A stretch of 64,000 nt of DNA from an uncultured Planctomycetaceae bacterium (GTDB lineage: Bacteria; Planctomycetota; Planctomycetia; Planctomycetales; Planctomycetaceae), in assembly GCA_963976765.1 (NCBI GenBank), contig CAXBME010000024.1:62001-126000 (forward strand), written 5' to 3'. Shown piece after piece: positions 47,436 through 56,021 of this stretch. A program made the position numbers and the translations under genes. The notes beneath the pieces were generated by a model, which was given only the letters and a program-made list of their open reading frames with translations, was not told the DNA's origin and made no database searches. The stretch's first letter is position 1; each line of letters starts with the position of its first letter.

Positions 47436-49136
47436 TCGACAATCTCTGCTGCCTGCCTTGTCTTATTGGCCACTGGATTTGCCAGCGCCGCGGACGCAAT
47501 CGTCTCAAAAGCTGAGCAACGCCGCGTTGACGTGCTGGAGAAAATTTCGCCCGCCGTGGTCGCCATCTTCGGAAACGGTGGACAAGGCGGCGGGTCAGGA
47601 GTTGTCATCAGCCCGGACGGGTACGCTCTCAGTAACTTCCACGTCACCAGCGGTTCTGGCGAGTTTATGAAGTGCGGACTGAACGACGGAGTCCTCTACG
47701 ACGCCGTCATCGTCGGCATTGATCCAACCGGCGACGTCGCACTTATTAAGTTGCTGGGCCGCGACGACTTTCCATTCGCCACCGTCGGCGACAGTGACAA
47801 AGTCCAGGTCGGCGACTGGGCGTACGCCATCGGTAATCCGTTTCTGCTGGCGACGGACTTTCACCCGACGGTGACTTACGGCATCGTCAGCGGCGTGCAT
47901 CGTTATCAGTATCCTGCCGGGTCATTTCTCGAATATGCCGACTGCATTCAGGTCGACTCCTCGATCAACCCAGGCAACTCTGGCGGTCCGCTGTTTAACG
48001 ACGACGGCGAACTGGTCGGCATCAACGGACGAGGCTCCTTCGAAAAGCGAGGCCGAGTGAACTCAGGTGCCGGCTACGCTATTTCGATCAACCAGATCAT
48101 GCACTTTCTGGATCATCTGCGCAGCGGACGAATCGTCGACCACGCAACCCTGGGAGCAACCGTGACGTCAGACGAAGACGGTCGAGTCGTCGTCTCCAGT
48201 ATCCTGGAATCATCCGAAGCCTACCGCCGAGGATTACGGCGGGACGACGAAATCGTCTCGTTCGCCGGTCGGAATATTCGATCGGTCAATCAGTTCAAGA
48301 ATGTTCTCGGTATTTACCCGAAAGGCTGGCGGCTGCCTTTGACCTACCGGCGGGAGCAGCAGAAGTATTCTATCCAGGCTCGACTGCGGGGCGTTCATAC
48401 GAAGGCTGAGCTGATACCGAAGGAGCAGCAGGCTCGCCCCGGACAACCGAGAGATCCGCACGAGGACGGTGACAAAGAAAAAGTCGACAACGAAGAGAAG
48501 GACACAACCCCGGAAGCTTTCCGGCACATGTTTGTGAAGAAGGATGGCTTTGCGAATTACTGGTTCAATGAGCAGGAGCAAAAGCGGCTGCTGCCGCTCG
48601 TCAGCCGCTGGGGCGATTTCGCGAAGCTGAATGGCCTCTGGAAAATTACCGGCCAAAGCGGTGACGGAGACAAATTCGAACTGACACTCAGCGATCGCGG
48701 TCTCGGTCTGCAAATGCGAAATGATGTCTACTTTCAGCCACTCGATGGAACCGACTTCTTGGACGAGCCACCTGGCAGCGGCGGGTTACTGATCGCGATG
48801 CACCACCTTCGCCTGATGCTGCAGAAGCAGGCCGACGGGTTCTCCGAGTTTTACTACCTCGGCAGCGAACCACTTGACCTGACTGGTGAGAGTGTCGACG
48901 TTCTGGTCACCACGTTGACCGGAGTGGAAACTCGCTGGTATTTCTCTCGAAACCCGGCAGCTTTCGTCGGGATGTCCTGCCAGATCACCGAGGATGCCGA
49001 GGAATGCGAAATCTACTTCGGCACGGTCGACCAGTTCGAGAACCGATTCTTCCCCGGTCAGATCATCATCCGCTCCGCCGGTCGAGAATACCTGCGTCTG
49101 CAGGTTTCACAACTTGACTTTGCCACCACTCCGTAG
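47340..49136 (+). CDS. Trypsin-like serine protease (S1C/HtrA-like) with PDZ and C-terminal extension
   Basis: GSGVVISPDGYALSNFHV (His), DVALIK (Asp), AIGNPF, INPGNSGGPL (Ser), PDZ-like segment; start uncertain (47340 or 47382). Confidence 0.9.
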   Translation: MSIPSKIFASTASDVQRPFTFCANLCVSAFWRSTISAACLVLLATGFASAADAIVSKAEQRRVDVLEKISPAVVAIFGNGGQGGGSGVVISPDGYALSNFHVTSGSGEFMKCGLNDGVLYDAVIVGIDPTGDVALIKLLGRDDFPFATVGDSDKVQVGDWAYAIGNPFLLATDFHPTVTYGIVSGVHRYQYPAGSFLEYADCIQVDSSINPGNSGGPLFNDDGELVGINGRGSFEKRGRVNSGAGYAISINQIMHFLDHLRSGRIVDHATLGATVTSDEDGRVVVSSILESSEAYRRGLRRDDEIVSFAGRNIRSVNQFKNVLGIYPKGWRLPLTYRREQQKYSIQARLRGVHTKAELIPKEQQARPGQPRDPHEDGDKEKVDNEEKDTTPEAFRHMFVKKDGFANYWFNEQEQKRLLPLVSRWGDFAKLNGLWKITGQSGDGDKFELTLSDRGLGLQMRNDVYFQPLDGTDFLDEPPGSGGLLIAMHHLRLMLQKQADGFSEFYYLGSEPLDLTGESVDVLVTTLTGVETRWYFSRNPAAFVGMSCQITEDAEECEIYFGTVDQFENRFFPGQIIIRSAGREYLRLQVSQLDFATTP

Positions 49137-49350
49137 AGCAGGCCCCGTCTGACGAAGGTGGTCGGGCGAGGCCTGGCGGTTGATGAGAACGCTTCGGCGT
49201 ACCGAACTGAGAGCTTTCAGCTACAGCAGCGTCTGGCAGCCGCCCCTGATGGCGACTGCCGTCAACGTCGCGCCGATCAGCAAACGCCAGGTTTGCCTGT
49301 GTAGCGACGCGACAAGTCAGCTCCGACCCTTTGCTGAAATCCAGTCATCT

Positions 49351-51894
49351 TTACAGATTCAGATCGGCGAGCACTGGCGCGGGAAGCGTAAATTGCTCGT
49401 CGATTTCAGAGGCCAGCGTACTGCTGGAGAAGTTGTCGCTCCCCTGGTTTCCTGCGAGCGTATCCGCACCGCTGTTACCGTTGAGGTAGTCGTCGCCGTC
49501 TCCACCGAGCAGGATGTCGTTGCCGCCGCCGCCGCGTATCGAATCGTTGCCGTCTCCGCCAAGGACGGTGTCAGTCCCCGATGCTCCCAGAACGAGGTCG
49601 TTCCCGTCCATCCCGGTCATCAGGTCGTTACCCGATCCGCCGTTCACCGAGTCATCTCCGTTGCCTGCATTCAGAGTATCGTTGCCAGCGTCGCCGTTAA
49701 GCGTGTCGCGATCATCGCCGCCTCGCAGCAGGTCGTTTCCGTCATCGCCGTTCAAGCGGTCGCTGCCGGTGCCACCGTCCAGCGTGTCGTTTCCTTGTTT
49801 ACCGCGAAGGTCATCGTTGCCATGGCCACCTTCGATAGAGTCATCGCCGGTGCCGCCGTTCAGCAGGTCGTCGTCGCGACCACCGAGAATCGTGTCGTTG
49901 CCGGACTGACCCATGATCGAGTCGTCGCCGGCATCGCCGGACAGGAAGTCGCTGTTGGCTCCGCCAAGAATCGTGTCGTTGCCGTTGCCGCCTGAGATGA
50001 TGTCGTTCTGCTCGCCACCGTTGAGGAAGTCGTTTCCGTCCCCACCATCGATGCGGTCATCTCCATCCTGGCCGGTGATGCTGTCGTCACCACTTTCGCC
50101 CTGGATCGTATCGTTTTCTTCACTGCCGGTGATCGTGTCGTTACCCGCGCCACCTCTGAGTAGAAGAGCAGACCCGTTCAGAGTTGCCCCCGCAGCACTG
50201 ATGGTGTCATTGTTCAGGCCGCCGTCGACTTCAATAGTCATTCCTGTTGCTGCTGAGAGCGTTCCGACGGTCACGGTGTCGTTCCCGCCGAGTGTCGAAA
50301 TCAGGACTCGGGACACTGACGACTCAACGGTCGCCGTGTTTCCGCCGGCCGTAATCGTGACGCCCGTGCCCGTCGCTGGCGTTCCAATGGTGACTGTGTC
50401 GGCTGCTCCGGTTCCTCGCACCTCGACGGTGTCACCGCCTTCCTGTGACGTGAAAACGTCCTGTCCCTGACCGATCCCCCAGCGAATCATGTCAGTTCCC
50501 TGGCCACCATCGACCGTGTCGCTGCCTCCCTGGCCATCCAGTGTGTCGTTACCCGATCCCCCAAGAATTGAATCGTTGCCGGAACCGCCACGGGCAAAGT
50601 CGTCTCCCGGACCAGCAAGGATGGTGTCGTCACCAGATTGTCCATTGATGGTGTCGTTACCGACCGCGATCGACGCCATGAAACTGTCCTCGCCGATGAT
50701 CAGGTCGTTGCCCGCACCACCGAAGATGTTGTCGTTGCCGTCGCCCCCTTCAATGTTGTCATTGCCAGAGTTTCCGTTCAGCAGGTCGTCGCCGGATTCA
50801 CCCAGCAGTGTATCCCGACCTCCACCACCGAAGATGATGTCGTTCCCGCGGCCGCCTGACAGTGAGTCGTTGCCAAGTCCACCCTGAATGGTGTCCGCAC
50901 CCGCGACCGTGCTGAACAGGTCATCGCCGAGGACAACGTCATCACCGTCTCCGGCGTCGAGCAGGTCGTTTCCAGCGTCGCCAGTCATGGTGTCATCACC
51001 GGCGTGGCCGCGAAGGTTGTCGTTGCCGGCACCTCCGGACAAAGAATCGTTTCCGCCGCCACCAAACACGGTGTCGTCGCCGTCGTCTCCACTGACGACA
51101 TCGTCACCACCCATGCCGTCGACAAAGTCATTGCCGGTCAGCCCCATGATGGTGTCATTGCCTTCGCCGCCAACCAGTGAGTCGTTCCCTCCTCCCAGGA
51201 AGCCAGGTGTGTCACCGAGAATCCGGTCGTTACCGTCTCCGCCATCCACAGTGTCGGAACCGATCGATCCATCGATCGTGTCCTGGCCGTCTCCACCCAG
51301 CACGCTGTCATTGCCAGAGCCGGCGTTGATGTCGTCGTCGCCGTCGCCACCGATTAATGTGTCGTTGGCCAGTCCGCCGTTGATGATGTCGTTGCCATCG
51401 CCGCCGTCGATTCGGTTGGCACCGTCGAGGCCGGTGATAATGTCGTTGCCGTCACCACCTAGCAGCGTATCGTCGACGTTAAGGCTGCCGGTGATCGTGT
51501 CATCACCCGCTCCGCCGTCGACTCTGACCGAAGTCAGCGAGGTGAAGCCGCTGGAGACTACTCCCGAAAGATTGATGAGGTTCGCTCCGTCCCCGCCGGT
51601 AACACGAATCCCTCGAACCAGACTGGTCGGAATGTTGGACGTCGAGGTGTCAACCTGCCCGTTGACCAGCACTTGCACAAAGTTCGTATTGGCCGGATTG
51701 CGCCGAATCGTGATCGCGTCGTCAGCGTCGGAAGTGGCGATCAGCTCGTTCGCAATGAAGAAAGTCGATACAGAGAGGTTCGTACGATCCTCAAGGACCT
51801 GCGTCTGCGACCAGTCTTCAGAGACTGGTCGGCGTCGGCCTTTTGTCCGAGTAACTCGATTGCGAAGTGCTTCCAGCCAGGCGTTAATCTGCAT
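49351..51894 (-). CDS. Calcium-binding RTX/hemolysin-type repeat protein with LEPR-XLL-type N-terminus
   Basis: Several dozen GGxGxDx(L/I)x nonapeptides; N-terminal R-rich stretch plus QVLEDRTNLS; ATG 51894. Confidence 0.9.
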   Translation of the reverse strand: MQINAWLEALRNRVTRTKGRRRPVSEDWSQTQVLEDRTNLSVSTFFIANELIATSDADDAITIRRNPANTNFVQVLVNGQVDTSTSNIPTSLVRGIRVTGGDGANLINLSGVVSSGFTSLTSVRVDGGAGDDTITGSLNVDDTLLGGDGNDIITGLDGANRIDGGDGNDIINGGLANDTLIGGDGDDDINAGSGNDSVLGGDGQDTIDGSIGSDTVDGGDGNDRILGDTPGFLGGGNDSLVGGEGNDTIMGLTGNDFVDGMGGDDVVSGDDGDDTVFGGGGNDSLSGGAGNDNLRGHAGDDTMTGDAGNDLLDAGDGDDVVLGDDLFSTVAGADTIQGGLGNDSLSGGRGNDIIFGGGGRDTLLGESGDDLLNGNSGNDNIEGGDGNDNIFGGAGNDLIIGEDSFMASIAVGNDTINGQSGDDTILAGPGDDFARGGSGNDSILGGSGNDTLDGQGGSDTVDGGQGTDMIRWGIGQGQDVFTSQEGGDTVEVRGTGAADTVTIGTPATGTGVTITAGGNTATVESSVSRVLISTLGGNDTVTVGTLSAATGMTIEVDGGLNNDTISAAGATLNGSALLLRGGAGNDTITGSEENDTIQGESGDDSITGQDGDDRIDGGDGNDFLNGGEQNDIISGGNGNDTILGGANSDFLSGDAGDDSIMGQSGNDTILGGRDDDLLNGGTGDDSIEGGHGNDDLRGKQGNDTLDGGTGSDRLNGDDGNDLLRGGDDRDTLNGDAGNDTLNAGNGDDSVNGGSGNDLMTGMDGNDLVLGASGTDTVLGGDGNDSIRGGGGNDILLGGDGDDYLNGNSGADTLAGNQGSDNFSSSTLASEIDEQFTLPAPVLADLNL

Positions 51895-52358
51895 GGGACC
51901 CATCCGTGGGTAAGAGAATCCTGCGTCAGTCCACTCGATTGAGTGCCGGAATTGTTCCGGCCGGAGGCTGGCTCGTGAGCAGTGCAGTCGCATCCCGCGG
52001 TCGCACAAGTGCTCAAGAGCAAACCGTCCGTTGCAACTATCGACATGTGACAATCGGATTCGCTGACATTGCTGGCAAACGCCCTGGACTTCACCTGACC
52101 GGATAATTTTCGGCAGGCGGTAAGGTTGTCCCAGATTGCCTTGCTTGTCGGCTCTCGGGGAACGACGCCCGTTAGATGCGATGCCGCCCGAGTTCGGCGT
52201 GGGGCTGTTTTGCCCGGCCTGAAGGCAGACGCTCAGATTTGAAGCGACAAAAAGTTGATTTGCGTCCGCGCGCAAAAACAGCGCATGAGCTGCTGGTTGC
52301 AGCTCGATGCGCCGTTTGCACTTCGTCGAACGCCGGGGAAATTCCTGGCAACGGTCTC

Positions 52359-52691
52359 TCAGGACGCAAAAACTGTTTGCCGGTCGGCAACGGATACTGT
52401 GTCGACTCGACCAGCGATCCCCTGACCAGTGATGACTGAGCAAAGTCGGCTGATCAATTCAGTGACCAGTTCGTCGCGTTCGAGGCCAAGCTGCTCCCGG
52501 ACAATGTCGGCCTCGTGAAGCACGAATTCAGCCAGTGAACCCGTTCCGCGACCGGTTCGAACAACCCGACGAACAAATCGGGCAAGTCCTTCGCCAAACC
52601 GAGATTCAAGTTGAGTCGCTGCCATGTCGTCGCCATTAAGACTGGCTTTTCGATAGTTTTCAAATTCAGTTTGGATATCAGAAGAAGTCAT
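52359..52691 (-). CDS. Hypothetical protein, weak resemblance to ECF sigma region 2 N-terminus
   Basis: 110 aa, co-directional between two exported-protein genes; GDDMAATQLESRFGEGLARFVRRVV. Confidence 0.55.
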   Translation of the reverse strand: MTSSDIQTEFENYRKASLNGDDMAATQLESRFGEGLARFVRRVVRTGRGTGSLAEFVLHEADIVREQLGLERDELVTELISRLCSVITGQGIAGRVDTVSVADRQTVFAS

Positions 52692-52747
52692 CGGAATTCT
52701 TTCACATGGAGAAACGAATGAAGTTGTTGCACACAGCGAAAATCGGA

Positions 52748-53584
52748 CTAGACGGTGAGAACTGCCGTGTCGATTTCCGTGGCGGGCCCCCCATCAACTG
52801 ACCGCATCAGCCGAAGAAGCACCGAGCCACTTGTTCCGGTTGATAACGTTCCTGATATCGCACCGTTCTCTCCATCAATTGAGAGCCCTTCTCCGCTTAC
52901 GCCGTCGCCCCACTCCAGCCACACCTCTGACAAATCACCGCCGTTTGCCTCGACTTGCCCAGACACCTGAAGTTCGCCATTAACAGCGTTAACAGACACG
53001 GTGCCAATCCATGGGATGTTTTCACCGTCAGTTGTGTTTTCATCAGTCATGGTTTCGTCGTACGAAGTCTCGTCATACGAGGTCTCATCAGTCATGGTTT
53101 CGTCGTACGAAGTCTCGTCGTACGAGGTCTCATCAGTCATGGTTTCGTCGTACGAAGTCTCGTCGTACGAGGTCTCATCAGTCATGGTTTCGTCGTACGA
53201 AGTCTCGTCATACGAGGTCTCATCAGTCATGGTTTCGTCGTACGAAGTCTCGTCGTACGAGGTCTCATCAGTCATGGTTTCGTCGTACGAAGTCTCGTCG
53301 TACGAGGTCTCATCAGTCATGGTTTCGTCGTACGAAGTCTCGTCATACGAGGTCTCATCAGTCATGGTTTCGTCGTACGAAGTCTCGTCGTACGAGGTCT
53401 CATCAGTCATGGTTTCGTCGTACGAAGTCTCGTCATACGAGGTCTCATCAGCTTCAACTGGCCCCGCGCTCAGAAGAACTTTGCTTTGAAGCATCTGAAT
53501 CTGTGCGGGTACTGAATAACCAGCGCGACGACGGGCAGGACGACCTGAGAAAAACTGGCGGAAATTTTTCTTCGAAAACAACAT
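52748..53584 (-). CDS. Exported acidic tandem-repeat protein (DETSY/DETMT repeats)
   Basis: AAGGGAG RBS; R-rich leader plus IQMLQSKVLLSA (LEPR-XLL-like); nine 15-aa repeats; beta-rich C-terminal domain. Confidence 0.82.
   Translation of the reverse strand: MLFSKKNFRQFFSGRPARRRAGYSVPAQIQMLQSKVLLSAGPVEADETSYDETSYDETMTDETSYDETSYDETMTDETSYDETSYDETMTDETSYDETSYDETMTDETSYDETSYDETMTDETSYDETSYDETMTDETSYDETSYDETMTDETSYDETSYDETMTDETSYDETSYDETMTDENTTDGENIPWIGTVSVNAVNGELQVSGQVEANGGDLSEVWLEWGDGVSGEGLSIDGENGAISGTLSTGTSGSVLLRLMRSVDGGPATEIDTAVLTV
53045..53449. repeat. Intragenic tandem repeat, 9 x 45 bp
   Basis: Unit agtcatggtttcgtcgtacgaagtctcgtc(a/g)tacgaggtctcatc; only one variable (synonymous) position. 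Confidence 0.97.
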
Positions 53585-53697
53585 CTGAAGTGCTCCCTTA
53601 AAGAATCGAATTTGACTGCGGTCGCCCGGCCCGTGATTGACTGAGAAAAGTGATCCGTCAGGGCCTGGCTAACCAAAAAGCTGTTTAAACTTCGCTA

Positions 53698-53728
53698 ATT
53701 ATACCGATCAGGCATGTAATTCTGTCAC
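53698..53728 (-). promoter_or_regulatory. Putative sigma70 promoter of the repeat-protein gene
   Basis: Perfect TATAAT at 53703-53698 with GTGACA 19 nt upstream (long spacer). Confidence 0.4.
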
Positions 53729-54148
53729 CGCCTTCTCCGGAACATGCGCATCCTTCGCGTCGTAAATAACTGCTGGAAAACAGCTTAAGCAACAATTTAA
53801 TGTTTCAGTTTTTGGGACGTTTGTTGAGGCAGATGCCAACAATATTTTCAGTCGGATCCGCCCGTCGTTTCAGAGGAAACGCACGAATGTTCTGGACGTT
53901 TGTGTGGGCGAAATGTGACGCCGAATGGCGATCGAGCGCCTGGTGCAACGAACCGGCAAACTGCGAAATCTGCAGGTTGAACCTGGAGAGCCGACGCACT
54001 TACCCGAGGCAATCACGCGAGCCTGAGTTACTGCCCGCCTCAAAACGGTTGCGTACTGATCAGCCGATCTGCGGGTCTCAAGTGGCGAGACAAGCTTTCG
54101 GATTCCCGACGACTACGCGAGCCTGCAAAACGCAACACTCAGCTTGAG

Positions 54149-54545
54149 GTAAGTGATCGGCGGATGAGTCGAAAGCGTCTGAATAATGTCGCGATCAACA
54201 AGCGCAGGATCTCTGCCGTCTTGAAGAAATTCCGCGTCACACCCACGCATCTCGCCAGCCAGGATCAAGCAGACTTGGTCGAAAGATGCAGATTGCGGCT
54301 TCCCTGTGAGTGTTCTGCGAGTTGCATGGTGCGGTTCGGCATTGCTGTCACTTGCTGATTTTCTGCCGTCGAGAACGTTGGCCTTCTTTCAGGCGAATGT
54401 CATCGATTTCCAGCAGTTGCTGCGGGAGCCCTGGAGCCAGTTGCCGGGCAAGCAGGTCGGGTGCATTTCCAGACTCAGCGCGCAGGTGAACGCCTTGCCG
54501 ATCGGACTTTTCGGAAGCACATGGCATTGCTCAGCCTCCTGAAAG
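54149..54545 (-). pseudogene. Probable degenerate IS66-family transposase remnant
   Basis: Minus-strand frames give VLPKSPIGKAFTCALS and LPGNWLQ, resembling the IS66 TnpC PKSxxGKAxxYAL and LLPxNW motifs; frameshifted; gtaagtgatcggc at 54149 resembles a GTAA-type IS66 end. Confidence 0.4.
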
Positions 54546-54630
54546 GATTCTTCGTGATCCTTCCGGTATCCACCAGGCCTGGGGCAATGCACCCTCCGGT
54601 AGAACACGGGAAATTAATTCTGAAGGTGCT

Positions 54631-55932
54631 TTAGAAGAGTTTCTCGATCGGGCTGCCGCCGTTGCCCAGTGTGAACGGTCGACCGTCAGGTGAGAAGATT
54701 TCTTTGTTGTGAGCAATGCCCGCGGCGTGAGCGATTGTGGCGTTGAAGTCTTCGACGGAAACCGAATCCTTTTCAACGTGGAAGGCTTTGTCGTCAGTCG
54801 CTCCATAAACCTGGCCGCCTTTTACACCACCGCCTGCAAGCATCGTTGAGAACGCTGCAGGGTGATGGTCTCGACCGCTGTTCTGGTTGGGCTGCGGTTT
54901 ACGACCAAACTCCGTTCCAATGACGACGAGCGTTTCGTCGAGCAGGCCTCGTCCTTCGAGGTCCTTCAACAGTGTTCCCACGACCTTGTCGAGTTCCTGC
55001 GCTTTTGCTGGCAGGTTGTCGAAGAGCTGATAGTGGTGATCCCAGCTTCCGAATGAAATCTCGACGAAACGAACTCCACTTTCGACCAGCCTGCGGGCGA
55101 GCAGTGCCGCGTTGCCGAATCTGGTTCCGCCGTACGCGTCTTTGGCGGCCTTTGGTTCCTGATTGAGATCAAAGGCTTTCAGGTCGTTGCTTCGCAACAG
55201 TCCGATTGCTTCGGAGTAAAGATCGTCGTAGCCGGTCACCTGGCTGCTGGCATTTGCCTTCTTCCGGAAATCTGCATCAAAAACGTTCGACAGTTTCATG
55301 CGTTTATCAAACGACTCATTCGTCAGGTAGCTGGGTGAGGTTGTGTTCTGCAGCCCCTGCGCGGGATCACCCAGCGGTACGGGCGCGAATTCGGCGCCTA
55401 GATAGCCGGGGCCGGGGCCGCCGCCGATCTGCACGCTGGCCGGAAGTTCTTTGTGAATTCTACCCAGCACTTTGTGCATCCATGAGCCAATTCCCGGATG
55501 CTTTGTCGTGGCGATCGGTCGATAACTGGTTTTCAACAGGTACCTGGCCGGACCATGAGCGCCGGTCGACGTTGTCATCGACCGAATGATCGTCAGCTTG
55601 TCAGAGAGTTGAGCGAGCTGCGTCATGTGCTCGCTCAGCTGAACGCCCGGAATTCTGGTTTTGATGACGCCGGTCGCGCCCTGGACATCGCTCTTTGGTT
55701 TTGGATCGAACGTGTCGAGCTGACTCATTGCTCCGGACATGTAAAGGTAGATTACTTTCTTCGCTTTGCCGCCCGGACGAAGAGTGCTGCTGGTCTTCGA
55801 CTTTTCAGCCGCGTTCAAAACAGACTCCATACCGGCGGGGAGCAGGCTGACTCCCAGCGCATAACGAGCAACGTCCGACATCAGTTGTCGACGGGAAAGT
55901 GAGTCGAGCTTCGAAGTGTTCAGTGAGAACAT
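54631..55932 (-). CDS. DUF1501 domain protein (Tat-type leader)
   Basis: LSRRQLM, AKKVIYLYMSGAMSQLDTFDPKP, ARRLVESGVRFVE, WDHH, TEFGRKP, GRDHHP. Confidence 0.92.
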   Translation of the reverse strand: MFSLNTSKLDSLSRRQLMSDVARYALGVSLLPAGMESVLNAAEKSKTSSTLRPGGKAKKVIYLYMSGAMSQLDTFDPKPKSDVQGATGVIKTRIPGVQLSEHMTQLAQLSDKLTIIRSMTTSTGAHGPARYLLKTSYRPIATTKHPGIGSWMHKVLGRIHKELPASVQIGGGPGPGYLGAEFAPVPLGDPAQGLQNTTSPSYLTNESFDKRMKLSNVFDADFRKKANASSQVTGYDDLYSEAIGLLRSNDLKAFDLNQEPKAAKDAYGGTRFGNAALLARRLVESGVRFVEISFGSWDHHYQLFDNLPAKAQELDKVVGTLLKDLEGRGLLDETLVVIGTEFGRKPQPNQNSGRDHHPAAFSTMLAGGGVKGGQVYGATDDKAFHVEKDSVSVEDFNATIAHAAGIAHNKEIFSPDGRPFTLGNGGSPIEKLF

Positions 55933-56021
55933 GGGGCGTTCCTTTATTGACCAGTGTCTTTTTTTGAAGTCTCGCGGCTGCGTGATTCACGAGTCGCGAA
56001 ACGAATCTGTTTGTGGCGGGA

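Noticed and set aside
49180..51913. Pro/Ser-rich and Val-rich plus-strand ORFs
   Set aside because: Antisense translations of the Gly/Asp RTX repeats.
51895..52443. Long N-terminal extension of the RTX ORF (and similar extensions of the ORFs at 37972, 39254, 43710, 44746 and 59555)
   Set aside because: The extensions are low-quality sequence overlapping spacers, repeats or neighbouring genes; downstream starts fit RBS positions and family N-termini better.
53045..53449. Possible CRISPR array
   Set aside because: Units are contiguous with no unique spacers, the period is a multiple of three inside an ORF, and no cas genes are present.
52955..53601. Plus-strand repetitive ORFs (SHGFVVR, VSSYE, RTKSRR frames)
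   Set aside because: Stop-free by-products of the tandem repeat; only the minus-strand frame has an RBS, leader and C-terminal domain.
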